NCBI GenBank assembly: GCA_964473915.1
Contig: CAYYRK010000001.1
Coordinates: 1 to 49,682, forward strand
Source: an uncultured Pseudomonadales bacterium
GTDB taxonomy: Bacteria > Pseudomonadota > Gammaproteobacteria > Pseudomonadales > IMCC2047
Length of the DNA stretch: 49,682 bases
Direction of reading: 5' to 3'
This document shows positions 19,961 to 29,643 of the stretch, piece after piece. The notes below the pieces were generated by a model, which made no database searches, was not told the DNA's origin, and saw nothing but the letters and a program-made list of their open reading frames with translations. The translations under genes were made by a program, and so were the position numbers. Position 1 is the stretch's first letter, and each line of letters starts with the position of its first letter.

Positions 19961-21343
19961 TTATCGAGTGGTAAAAGATTCTTCCCTTAATTCTTTTTTC
20001 GGAAAATACCGATCAACCAATACTTTTTTCATTAATAACTCATCCGGATCAAAACATTCTGCCAGCGTTTCCCAGCACAAATCTAGCGCATCTTCCAATA
20101 TCATGCTGACGTTAATGTCCATAAAGCGTGCCAGAAACAGTCGGCCAAACTTCAACAGTTTTTCGTCAAAGGGGGACAATTCAAAGGACATGGCCTGCTT
20201 TTGCTGGGCATCTTTGGCCCCGGCATAGAACCTGATCATGGTATTCATGATCTGGGCATGATCCTCCCGGGTCACCGTGCCTATCACATGCTGTTTAAGT
20301 CTTGAGAGGGAACCGAAGGGGTCCAGCACCCCACCATGCAGATAAAATTGCCCCTCGGTAATATAACCTGTGTTGTCGGGCACCGGATGGGTCACATCAT
20401 CTCCAGGCATGGTGGTGACTGAAAGAATGGTGACTGAACCTGCACCCCGGTAGTCACAGGCCTTTTCATAACGGCGTGCCAGTTGTGAATATAGATCACC
20501 CATATAGCCCCTATTTGAAGGGACATGCTCCATGGCAATACCCACCTCCTTCAGGCCATCAGCATAGGCTGTCATATCGGTCAGCAACACCAGCACCCGT
20601 TTATTTTCCTCCACAGCAAAGCGTTCAGCAACCGTCAATGCCATATCAGGCACCAACAACCCCTCTACAATAGGGTCTGATGCCTGGTGTACAAACATGC
20701 AGGTACGATCAAAGATCCCCGCCTCCTCAAAGGAGGTACGGAAAAAATAGTAGTCGTCAAAGATGAGCCCTATACCACCGAAAATAATGATATCTGCATC
20801 AGCCTGAATACCGATGCGAGCGAGTAGCGCATTATAGGGTTCACCTGCCACAGAAAAAATTGGGATTTTCTGACTTTCCACCAGGCAATTAAAAAGATCG
20901 ATCATCGGCACGCCTGTGCGGATCATGTTGGACGCCACAACTCGCCGCACAGGGTTGACCGTAGGCCCCGCAATCTCTGTTTTGTTGTCATTGGCAAGGT
21001 CTGGGCCGGCATCGATGGGCTCACCCGAACCGCTAAAGATTCGACCCAGCACATTGGCCGAATAGGTGACTCGCATCGGGTGCCCCAGAAAACGCACCCG
21101 TGATCGGGTTGAAATACCCTTGGTTCCACCAAAAACCTGAAGCACGACTCGATCCCGTTCGAGCCTGATAATCTGCGCCCTGGTGCTTTTAGCCACCTCG
21201 TCCAGGGCACTCTCCACAACGGCCAGGTCGCCAAACGCAATATCAGAAGCACCTTCACCAACAGCGGGTTCCGGCACTGCAACGGTAAGAATATCACCCG
21301 ATATTGCAAGAATATTGCAATATCTCTTCAGACTATGACCCAT
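19961..21343 (-). CDS. V-type ATPase subunit B (non-catalytic)
   Basis: 460 aa with V-type B subunit-like sequence throughout, for example [24 protein letters not shown] and SRLK. It is the first gene of the operon as arranged here. Confidence 0.93.
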   Translation of the reverse strand: MGHSLKRYCNILAISGDILTVAVPEPAVGEGASDIAFGDLAVVESALDEVAKSTRAQIIRLERDRVVLQVFGGTKGISTRSRVRFLGHPMRVTYSANVLGRIFSGSGEPIDAGPDLANDNKTEIAGPTVNPVRRVVASNMIRTGVPMIDLFNCLVESQKIPIFSVAGEPYNALLARIGIQADADIIIFGGIGLIFDDYYFFRTSFEEAGIFDRTCMFVHQASDPIVEGLLVPDMALTVAERFAVEENKRVLVLLTDMTAYADGLKEVGIAMEHVPSNRGYMGDLYSQLARRYEKACDYRGAGSVTILSVTTMPGDDVTHPVPDNTGYITEGQFYLHGGVLDPFGSLSRLKQHVIGTVTREDHAQIMNTMIRFYAGAKDAQQKQAMSFELSPFDEKLLKFGRLFLARFMDINVSMILEDALDLCWETLAECFDPDELLMKKVLVDRYFPKKELREESFTTR

Positions 21344-21454
21344 ATATTAACCTTAGAAGGAGGCTGACAGACTTAGATCATCGTAGTGAGGAAAAGTTGA
21401 TTCAAGGTGGATTTCGCTGTTCCCACAGTGATCAACCCTATGTCAAACGCTCCT

Positions 21455-22168
21455 CTAGTCAAATTTCAGCCCCAGGCGTTGTCCGATCTGCTCATAGGAT
21501 TCAACCACATTACCCAAATTCTGTCGGAAACGATCCTTATCCAGCTTCTCCCGAGTATTCTTGTCCCAGACTCGACAACCATCGGGGGTAAACTCATCTC
21601 CCAGAATGATTTTACCCTCATATAGGCCAAACTCGAGCTTGTAATCTACCAATAACATATCACCACTTAAAAACAGCTCCGTGAGTATACCGTTAACCGC
21701 GAAAGTCAACTCCTTCATCCTATCTATATGAGCCTGCTCCGCCCAGCCGAAGGTAAGAATGTGGTAATCGTTAATCATCGGATCATGAAGTTCATCGTTT
21801 TTAAGAAAAAATTCAAAGGTTGGTGGGTTAAGATCCAGATTTTCCGCGACGCCCAGCCTTTTGCAGAGGCTGCCGGTGCTGATATTTCGAACCACACACT
21901 CCACCGGGATCATCTCAAGCTTTTTAACCAGCGACTCCTGATCAGAGAGCAGACGGTCAAAGTGGGTGGGTATACCCGCCGCTTCCAGTTTTTCCATCAC
22001 AAAAGCATTGAATTTGTTGTTTACCATGCCCTTGCGATCCAGCTTTTCAATCTTTGCACCATCAAAGGCCGAGGTATCATTACGGAACAGTAAAATCAGC
22101 CGATTTTCATCATCGCAGGTATATACCGATTTAGCCTTACCAGAATAAAGTTCTTCACGCTTGTCCAT
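21455..22168 (-). CDS. purC: Phosphoribosylaminoimidazole-succinocarboxamide (SAICAR) synthase
   Basis: 237 aa. [10 protein letters not shown]...[13 protein letters not shown]...NKFN are typical PurC motifs. Confidence 0.95.
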   Translation of the reverse strand: MDKREELYSGKAKSVYTCDDENRLILLFRNDTSAFDGAKIEKLDRKGMVNNKFNAFVMEKLEAAGIPTHFDRLLSDQESLVKKLEMIPVECVVRNISTGSLCKRLGVAENLDLNPPTFEFFLKNDELHDPMINDYHILTFGWAEQAHIDRMKELTFAVNGILTELFLSGDMLLVDYKLEFGLYEGKIILGDEFTPDGCRVWDKNTREKLDKDRFRQNLGNVVESYEQIGQRLGLKFD

Positions 22169-22248
22169 TACAGTCTCCCATCTACTGTATCAAAAAAATA
22201 TAATCATAAGGCATTGAGCACTACCTGCCCTATATTGCCACTGAGTTA

Positions 22249-23010
22249 TTAAAATAACTCCAGCCAGTCAAAACCCTGATCCTGGTCAGCCATGACAGGC
22301 CAGTTTTCATCACAACCAGTCGCCGCTACTATGGTGTCCAGAGCCAGTTGGCTACAGTTGTTCTGTCGACTCAAATGCATCAGCACCAGACACTCCAAAC
22401 TGCTCGTATCAATACTCTGCAGCAGTGCAGAGGTTTGTTCATTACTGAGATGCCCATAATCACTACTGATACGTCGCTGTACAGCTTTGGGATAGGGTCC
22501 CTGTTCGAGCATAGCAAGATCATGGTTGCACTCAACCAGTAACGCATTTAAACCCGAGTAGTGGCGCTTGACAAAGGGCGTAATACTACCCAAATCTGTC
22601 AATAACCCCAACTTTTTTGTTCCATAGTCAAAGACAAACTGACAAGGCTCCGCCGCATCGTGGGGGACGGCAACCGGTTGAATGCCCATTGTTCCAATCA
22701 TAAATGGCTGGTGCGTATTAATAAAATGCAGTGAACTAATTTTTCCTAAATTTGAACGTCTGCTGGTACCCTGGGTCAGAAAAACTCGCAAGCCATATTT
22801 ACGAGCTAACGCACCCACTCCCTTGGTATGATCGCCGTGTTCATGGGTCACAAGCACCGCATCAATATTTTCAGCGCCTGTACCCAACAGTTCAAGCCTG
22901 CGTTCGGTTTCTTTTAGGCTGAAACCGCAATCCACTAAAACGCGGGTGTCCTGATATTCAATCAGTAACGCATTGCCGGAACTACCACTACCCAGGGATG
23001 CAATTCGCAC
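22249..23010 (-). CDS. MBL-fold metallo-hydrolase
   Basis: 253 aa with the HxHxDH motif (THEHGDH) and an N-terminal LGSGSSGN, consistent with the PhnP/YycJ-like subgroup. Confidence 0.85.
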   Translation of the reverse strand: MRIASLGSGSSGNALLIEYQDTRVLVDCGFSLKETERRLELLGTGAENIDAVLVTHEHGDHTKGVGALARKYGLRVFLTQGTSRRSNLGKISSLHFINTHQPFMIGTMGIQPVAVPHDAAEPCQFVFDYGTKKLGLLTDLGSITPFVKRHYSGLNALLVECNHDLAMLEQGPYPKAVQRRISSDYGHLSNEQTSALLQSIDTSSLECLVLMHLSRQNNCSQLALDTIVAATGCDENWPVMADQDQGFDWLELF

Positions 23011-23092
23011 AATATTCAGCCGCTCCAGCGTCCAACGCTCTGTAAATATAACCCTGTAAAATTATACTTAGGTGTACCGGTAATACCCAAAA

Positions 23093-24178
23093 TCAGATCA
23101 GATTTTTCTTGATCTCAGCCAGTAGCGATTCTGGCAGACTCCGGTCTTCTGATTTATCATCAGACTGCACCTTTACCGCTATTTTCCCGGATATTTCAGT
23201 AAGCGTTACCGTCATAGATCTAAGTTTTTTGCCAGGCTTGTCCTTGCCAAACTTAAGAAAAGAGAGCAAACCCGCTTTCTCCTCCTCTTTTTGCAAATCT
23301 GAAGAGTAATTCACGTAGTAGGTAGCGACACTCCGATTCATGTCATCCACCAGGATCTTAGCATTTTCCAGGGCTTTACCCACCGCATCCCAGGCCCGTT
23401 CAAAATCAAGATTAAGCAGTAACACTGTATTTCCGTGTTCATCTACCCCAAAAGATGACTTGGGAGAACCGGAAAAACTTTGCGCCAGTAGTGATGCGGG
23501 CGCCCCCTCATACTCAGTGTCAATCAGGAATGCAGCTATCTCCTGCATCATGGCAATCGCCAGCTGATCATCCTCTTTGAGATCATTCCAGTTCAGATTA
23601 TCGCTGTCTAGTGGTTCGCTCCCGTCAGCGGGAAGACCTAAATGCATCAAATAGATTTCGGATGAATCCCTGTGCATGCCATGCTCTATACGAATACGAA
23701 ATTTATCCCGAGTTTCCTTGCCCTCTGCCTCCCGTAACAGCCAGACTGTTTCCATTAGCCCTTCATAGGCTCCCTCAGATTCAAGCTGAATGCTGTTGAT
23801 CTCCCAAAACCTTCTGACTCGGGCCCAAACCTCGGAGGGGTCCGAGCTCATTGTTATCCAGTAACGCGCACCCGATTTAAACGCCCGAATATCTCTCCGG
23901 TTGCTACCCACAACAGAGTCAGGCATGGGTGTTTCAAACGCTCCTTTAAACTGAGGCGAACGCTGAGAACCAGGCAGGGGATACAGCTCTTGTATCGCTG
24001 CAGTGTCAGTTCCTTCAGGCACTTTAAGCGCCTCGATCACCTGCGCCTTGCGATAATCACCAGAACGATCACGGATATAGCTGTTCTCCCCCATAATCCA
24101 GCCACAACCAGACACCAGGCTCACAATAATCACGATTGCAACCATCAGGCGCAATCGACAAGCATCTATTTTTTCCAC
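23093..24178 (-). CDS. bamC: Outer-membrane protein assembly factor BamC (NlpB) lipoprotein
   Basis: 361 aa with a lipobox (LVSGC). It sits immediately downstream of dapA with a stop/start overlap, the conserved gammaproteobacterial dapA-bamC arrangement. Confidence 0.8.
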   Translation of the reverse strand: MEKIDACRLRLMVAIVIIVSLVSGCGWIMGENSYIRDRSGDYRKAQVIEALKVPEGTDTAAIQELYPLPGSQRSPQFKGAFETPMPDSVVGSNRRDIRAFKSGARYWITMSSDPSEVWARVRRFWEINSIQLESEGAYEGLMETVWLLREAEGKETRDKFRIRIEHGMHRDSSEIYLMHLGLPADGSEPLDSDNLNWNDLKEDDQLAIAMMQEIAAFLIDTEYEGAPASLLAQSFSGSPKSSFGVDEHGNTVLLLNLDFERAWDAVGKALENAKILVDDMNRSVATYYVNYSSDLQKEEEKAGLLSFLKFGKDKPGKKLRSMTVTLTEISGKIAVKVQSDDKSEDRSLPESLLAEIKKNLI

Positions 24179-25056
24179 TAATTGATTACCCCCGCTTGCC
24201 GCATCGCATCTCTGACCTGCTCATGATAACCCTCACTCAACCAGGTCAGTGGTAACCTTATCCCTTTCTTGATCAGCCCTAACTCCGCAACCGCCCATTT
24301 CACCGGTATGGGGTTCGCCTCCAGAAACAGGTCTCTATGCAGAGAGGACAACTGTTCATTGAGTTCCGCCGCCGCTTGCATCTCTCCTGCCAGTGCCGCC
24401 GCGCACATCTGGGCCATTAGCCGAGGCGCAACATTAGCGGTGACTGAAATATCGCCCTTGGCACCCATCATGATCAGTTGCATAGCGCTCGCATCATCCC
24501 CTGAATAGATAGCGATTCGATCAGCACACCTTCCAAGAACCTCACGGCCATAGTCAAGATCACCGGTTGCATCTTTAAGCCCCACTATATTTTCATGAGA
24601 AGCTAGACGATCGACTGTGTCAGGCAAAAGATCAACAGCTGTACGTCCGGGAACTGTATACAGGATTTGAGGGATATCGACTCTATCTGCAATCAGTTTA
24701 AAATGCTGATAAAGCCCCTCCTGGGTTGGCTTATTATAGTAGGGCGTAACCAACAGACAGGCATCGGCACCTGCTTTATTGGCCTGCTCAGTCAAGCTAA
24801 GCGCTTCGGCCGTCGAGTTAGCTCCGGTTCCCGCGATTACGGGAATTTGCCCAGCAATACAATGCACGACCCGCTTAATAATTTCGGTATGCTCCTCAAT
24901 CGGCAGAGTCGGTGACTCGCCACTGGTACCTACAACTACAATACCATGAGTACCGTTTTCCATATGAAATTCGAGTAACCGCTCCAGCGCTACCCAGTCA
25001 ATAGCACCACTCTCATCCATAGGGGTTACCAGCGCCACAATACTGCCAGAAATCAT
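24178..25056 (-). CDS. dapA: 4-hydroxy-tetrahydrodipicolinate synthase
   Basis: 292 aa. GSIVALVTPM...VVVGTSGES.TL...GTGANST...YNKPTQEGLYQHF are canonical DapA motifs. Confidence 0.96.
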   Translation of the reverse strand: MISGSIVALVTPMDESGAIDWVALERLLEFHMENGTHGIVVVGTSGESPTLPIEEHTEIIKRVVHCIAGQIPVIAGTGANSTAEALSLTEQANKAGADACLLVTPYYNKPTQEGLYQHFKLIADRVDIPQILYTVPGRTAVDLLPDTVDRLASHENIVGLKDATGDLDYGREVLGRCADRIAIYSGDDASAMQLIMMGAKGDISVTANVAPRLMAQMCAAALAGEMQAAAELNEQLSSLHRDLFLEANPIPVKWAVAELGLIKKGIRLPLTWLSEGYHEQVRDAMRQAGVIN

Positions 25057-25488
25057 TGCCTAACTCCGCGAAAAAATGAACTGCCTATAGTAATGTCGAG
25101 GAGGCGCAAGCACAAGCATTAGGGACTGCCGGTTAATCATTTGCGCCACAAGAAAATGGCAATTTAAAGCTGGCACTGTTTTTATCTAAACCAAATGGTT
25201 GGTCCGTTCGATAGAAAACAGGCGAAGAGATAAGCCAAAGCGGCATATTTGCAGCAGCATGATCTATTGACCGACAGACCCACTGGCATATAGCCAAAGC
25301 TGCACTCACGCCCGATCTCCGACAGGTAAATGCTTTGCCTCCTGGACATTTTGACAACCCATCTACCCTGTTTTGACAGCAAATTGAACGAAAAACACAA
25401 TACAATGATGCAATCAATTGACAGCTCGCAACAGATCAGGAGACTGTCGGGCTTTGGCGATCATAGCGGATTAAGAGACAGGAAAAAA

Positions 25489-27546
25489 ATGACTAGATTT
25501 CTCACAACGGGGTGTTACATTTTTTTGACGACACTAACGCAAGCGGCTTTTGCGACAGAGGAAAAAACCTGGCTGAATGAAATTGCTGTTACGGCTACCC
25601 GTACAGAAAGAGCGGTGCTTTACAGCCCAAGCTCCCTGTCACTGATCAGCGAAGAGGAGATGGCATGGCAAGTTAATGAATCCCTGGCAGAGGTGTTACG
25701 CAATGTGCCGGGCATATCCATCACGGATGCCGGGCAGGCGGGAATGAAACGAATTCGCATTCGCGGCGAAGACTCCTATCGAATCGCCATACTGATCGAT
25801 GGTCAAGAGATAACAGATCATCGTGGCGAGGGCGTACCCCTGACCCTTGATCCCGCTCTGGTAGAGCGAGTAGAGGTGATCAAAGGTTCTGGCTCTGTAC
25901 TTTACGGCCCAAAAGCGCTCGGTGGTGTCATCAATTTCATTACCCGAAAAGGCGGCAGTGAACCCTTGCAACTTACCATGGCCACAGGATGGGACTCTGC
26001 CACACAGGGTGAGCAGCTCTTCGGTAGCATTTATGGCAGCAGCAACGGTTTTGATTACCGCCTGTCGCTGACGAAGGATCAACAGGGAAAGCGCCGCACT
26101 CCCAAGGGAGATGTAGATAACACCCAGTCAGAAAGTGACAGTGCTGCTCTGTATGTTGGGCATCGCTGGGGAAATCACAATCTTGGCCTCTCCTACGATG
26201 ATCACAACGCTTACTCCCAAGTATTCGTTGAGGATAACGTGCGTTTTTATTTTCCATTTACAGAGTTCGCTATGAATATCCCACAGCGAGATCGACGCAA
26301 GGTAGGGTTATTTTACGATTGGACCGATGCTGGCGACAGGTTAAAAAAGGTGCATGTTGATGCCTATCGTCAAGTCAGTGATCGAAAATTTGATACCTAC
26401 TGGGAGCAGGCAGCCTTTGGTATGGAGAAGGAGACATTTTCCGAATCACGGCTGATAACCCAGGGAGCATTATTACAGCTTGACTGGCAGCCAAGCGAAG
26501 ATCACTACCTGATTACGGGCATACAGTTCACCCAGGATGAGGTCAAACAGGATCGAACAGAAACTCTTTTCGCAACATTTTTGCCAACACCCCAGCTGAC
26601 CGAGATATTTGACAAGGCTCAGTTGGAAACGAGAGCCCTATTTGTTCAAGATGAATGGCACATAACTGACAGGTTGACTCTGACGACCGGTGCCAGACAG
26701 TACTGGGTAGAGAGCGAGCTGCAGGAGAGCACTCGGCCAAGCCTGGCTACGCCCGACAAGAGTGACAATGAATTAATTGTCTCGCTGGCTGCGACCTATG
26801 AAATCAGCAATGGCTCAGTGTTGCGTGCAGCCTATAACGAGGGTTATATTTATCCTTCACTATTACAGTTATCCATCGGCGGGGTGGCCAGAAATTTTGT
26901 TAACCCCGACCCCACACTACAACCGGAAAAGTCCAAAAATTATGAGCTGGGCTGGCGTTATGCTGGCAACAGCCTGTTGGTTGACATCACCGCTTTTTAC
27001 TCGCGATCTAAAAATTATATTGACCATGTACCCTGCACTCAGGCTCGGTGTATCGGAGGAACACGCCGCAGCCCCTCTGAAATTTACATCAATATTGGCA
27101 AAGCACAAACCAAGGGTATTGAAGCCTATATTGAATATAGCTTATCCGGTTCATTAACACCCTATACTGCCCTAACATTGATCCGAAGAGAAAACGAATA
27201 CCGATCATTTAGCACCACTGATTCCGGATTACCCAGCATATACGGCATAGCAGGCATTAAATACGATGGTGATTTTTCTGGCTGGGATACAGGAAACTAC
27301 TGGCTGGACGCCTTTGCCCGCGGAGAGAGCCATGCCGATGAGCTAGAGGAAGACGGTACTGTTCACAGCAATGCAGGTTGGATGACTCTCAATTTATCCG
27401 CCGGCCTCAGCTTTGGCGAAGACTCCAGGTATCTATTATCACTGGAAATGTCTAATTTACTGGATAACAGCTACTCTAACGCAACAGAAAACCTGCTGGC
27501 TCCTGAGCGCGCCCTACAAGCACGATTTACCGCCAATTTCCAATAA
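25489..27546 (+). CDS. TonB-dependent outer-membrane receptor
   Basis: The signal peptide is MTRFLTTGCYIFLTTLTQAAFA. A TonB box/plug region (NEIAVTATR, RIRIRGE, IDGQEITD, VEVIKG) is followed by a beta-barrel. The ORF is open from 25330, but the ATG at 25489 has an upstream purine-rich RBS and yields a proper signal peptide. Confidence 0.9.
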   Translation: MTRFLTTGCYIFLTTLTQAAFATEEKTWLNEIAVTATRTERAVLYSPSSLSLISEEEMAWQVNESLAEVLRNVPGISITDAGQAGMKRIRIRGEDSYRIAILIDGQEITDHRGEGVPLTLDPALVERVEVIKGSGSVLYGPKALGGVINFITRKGGSEPLQLTMATGWDSATQGEQLFGSIYGSSNGFDYRLSLTKDQQGKRRTPKGDVDNTQSESDSAALYVGHRWGNHNLGLSYDDHNAYSQVFVEDNVRFYFPFTEFAMNIPQRDRRKVGLFYDWTDAGDRLKKVHVDAYRQVSDRKFDTYWEQAAFGMEKETFSESRLITQGALLQLDWQPSEDHYLITGIQFTQDEVKQDRTETLFATFLPTPQLTEIFDKAQLETRALFVQDEWHITDRLTLTTGARQYWVESELQESTRPSLATPDKSDNELIVSLAATYEISNGSVLRAAYNEGYIYPSLLQLSIGGVARNFVNPDPTLQPEKSKNYELGWRYAGNSLLVDITAFYSRSKNYIDHVPCTQARCIGGTRRSPSEIYINIGKAQTKGIEAYIEYSLSGSLTPYTALTLIRRENEYRSFSTTDSGLPSIYGIAGIKYDGDFSGWDTGNYWLDAFARGESHADELEEDGTVHSNAGWMTLNLSAGLSFGEDSRYLLSLEMSNLLDNSYSNATENLLAPERALQARFTANFQ

Positions 27547-27794
27547 TATAGAGCCTCTGCGCCCATGATTTATGGCACTGCGAGAGCAAGAACAGCAGCA
27601 AACCTCCACTGAATAGTCCTCGCTGGGCATAGAGACTTAAGGTCAATCCAAGGTAAAAGAGCTTAGCGTACATAAAAAGTAGACTTAACCAACCCCTCCT
27701 GCAGATGAGAATGGTTTTCATTTAGATTAGATGATGATAAACTCAGCACCGTATTAAATTTAGATATTTTATTCATCGTCATCAAGGAAAACCC

Positions 27795-29024
27795 ATGAAA
27801 ACAAAACAACGACTCATCGCATTTTCCGTTGCGTCGGTCATCAGCACCACAGCCCTGGCAGATGCACCCTCTATGGAGGAGATGTGGACTATAATTCAGC
27901 AGCAGCAGCAACAGATCCAACAACTACAAAGCCAACTACACAGTAATAACGAAAAACTAAAGCAGACCGAAGTCAAAGTTGAGGCCACAGCTGTCGCTTT
28001 GGAGGAGGGCAGTGGCTCCGTCGCGGCGATTGCACAGTGGGCCAGTAAAACCAGGGTAGGCGGCTATGGCGAGCTCCACTACAACAACCTTGATGAGGGC
28101 GATAACGAAATTGACCTGCACCGATTCGTACTCTTTTTTAGCCACCAGTTTACAGACTCAGTTCGATTCTTCTCTGAGTTTGAGGTGGAGCACAGCCTGT
28201 CAGGTGAAGGCAAAAAGGGCGAAGTAGAGATGGAACAGGCCTACATTGAATGGGACTTTGCGCAAAACCAACAGGCCAAAGCGGGGCTGTTTCTGCTTCC
28301 AATTGGAATCATGAATGAAACCCATGAGCCAGACACTTTTTATGGCGTGGAAAGGAACAGGGTCGAAGCCGAGATTATTCCAGCAACCTGGTGGGAAGCC
28401 GGAACAGCTGTCGGCGGCGAAATCACCCCGGGGCTTAGCTATGACCTGGCTATTCATTCAGGCCTCTTTATGGACGACACTGCAAGAATCCGTAGCGGGC
28501 GCCAGAAAGGGAGCAAAGCCGTCGCGGAAGACCTGGCTTTCACTGGCCGACTAAAATACACCGGTGTCGCCGGGCTGGAACTGGGCATCACCCTACAACA
28601 CCAGCAGGATATATTTCAGGGGCAAACCTTCGCTGGCGCCTCCGATATCAGCGCAACCCTGCTTGAAAGCCATGTCGCCTACCTGAACGGCCCATTTCAG
28701 TTGCGTGCGCTGTATGCCATGTGGGACTTTGATGAGGGCATCAACGCGGTCGCGATGCGTGACGATGCCGACGAAAGGGAGGGTTTCTACATTGAACCAT
28801 CATTGCGCATTAACGAACACCTTGGCATCTTTGCCCGCTATAGCGAATATGACGAAGTAAGAGCTGCCGCAACAGATAGTATGGAGTTCACCCAAATTGA
28901 TTTTGGTCTGAACTACTGGCTCACTGAAACTGTTGTACTAAAAGCCGATTACCAGATCCAGGAAGCGCCGCGAAGCCGAACAGAAGCTGACGGCTTTAAT
29001 CTGGGCGTGGGTTGGAGCTTCTAA
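27795..29024 (+). CDS. Putative outer-membrane porin with an N-terminal Gln-rich coiled coil
   Basis: The signal peptide ends in ...TALA. A QQQQQQIQQLQSQL coiled coil follows. The rest shows alternating beta-strand patterning and a C-terminal ...GVGWSF aromatic terminus typical of OM beta-barrels. The family (OprO/P-like?) was not verified. Confidence 0.65.
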   Translation: MKTKQRLIAFSVASVISTTALADAPSMEEMWTIIQQQQQQIQQLQSQLHSNNEKLKQTEVKVEATAVALEEGSGSVAAIAQWASKTRVGGYGELHYNNLDEGDNEIDLHRFVLFFSHQFTDSVRFFSEFEVEHSLSGEGKKGEVEMEQAYIEWDFAQNQQAKAGLFLLPIGIMNETHEPDTFYGVERNRVEAEIIPATWWEAGTAVGGEITPGLSYDLAIHSGLFMDDTARIRSGRQKGSKAVAEDLAFTGRLKYTGVAGLELGITLQHQQDIFQGQTFAGASDISATLLESHVAYLNGPFQLRALYAMWDFDEGINAVAMRDDADEREGFYIEPSLRINEHLGIFARYSEYDEVRAAATDSMEFTQIDFGLNYWLTETVVLKADYQIQEAPRSRTEADGFNLGVGWSF

Positions 29025-29057
29025 CACGGCTCCATTAGAATCCTTATTCACACTACG

Positions 29058-29081
29058 GGGGCGGCCAGACGCGCCCCTTTA
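29058..29081 (+). terminator. Candidate intrinsic terminator after the porin gene
   Basis: GGGGCG-(8 nt)-CGCCCC stem followed by TTTA. The U-tract is short, so confidence is modest. Confidence 0.35.
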
Positions 29082-29094
29082 TCCAGATAACGCT

Positions 29095-29643
29095 ATGCCA
29101 GAAATTCAAAAAATCATCACCCTGCTACTGGCCAGCATCTGCCTGACACTGTCACTTCAAACCAGTGCCGCAGATAACTACACCAGCAAATTTCTCACTA
29201 AAGCCTTTGGCAATCAGTCCCCAGCACCCAAACTACTCTGGCTAGACAAGCCTCTTAAGGCTCAGGCCAAAACAGTTCTTAAGCATAACTTTCGTGGTTT
29301 AAGAGTACGTTATTGGGTGTCCGCTTCCCGAACTGCCTGGATACTGGACGAAATTGGAAAAGAGCTTCCGATCAGTATTGGCGTAGTGATCGCCGACGAT
29401 AAAATTCAGGATATATCAGTATTGGCTTTTCGCGAAAGCCGCGGCGGAGAAATTCGCTATCCCTTCTTCACCAACCAGTTCCTGGGCAGCCAGCTGACCA
29501 AAAATCTGACCCTGAACAACAATATTGACGGTATCACTGGAGCCACTCTGTCGGTGCGAGCAATGACCCGCATCGCCACATTGGCACTTCTGTTCCATAA
29601 TCAGGTCACAGCCAAAAAAACCGATGAAACACAAAATCCTTAA
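29095..29643 (+). CDS. Periplasmic FMN-binding-domain protein (predicted ApbE flavinylation substrate)
   Basis: It has a signal peptide (LLASICLTLSLQTSAA). The motif IDGITGATLS matches the D-x-x-[ST]-G-A-T covalent-FMN motif of NqrC/RnfG-type FMN_bind domains. Confidence 0.8.
   Translation: MPEIQKIITLLLASICLTLSLQTSAADNYTSKFLTKAFGNQSPAPKLLWLDKPLKAQAKTVLKHNFRGLRVRYWVSASRTAWILDEIGKELPISIGVVIADDKIQDISVLAFRESRGGEIRYPFFTNQFLGSQLTKNLTLNNNIDGITGATLSVRAMTRIATLALLFHNQVTAKKTDETQNP

Noticed and set aside
21385-21440. TTGATTCAAGG...GTGATCAA upstream of the V-ATPase operon, as a possible FNR box.
   Set aside because: The TTGAT and ATCAA halves are separated by about 29 nt, not 4. It does not fit the FNR/DNR consensus.
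25057-25488. A possible cobalamin (or other) riboswitch in the 430-nt leader of the TonB-dependent receptor, based on segments such as AGGGACTGCCGGTTAATC...GCGCCAC and GCTGGCACTG.
   Set aside because: The resemblance to the B12 riboswitch core is patchy. I could not find a convincing B12 box (AGYCMGGAGACCKGCC-like) or the conserved CCCGC-ACTG pairing. It needs an Infernal scan before any claim.
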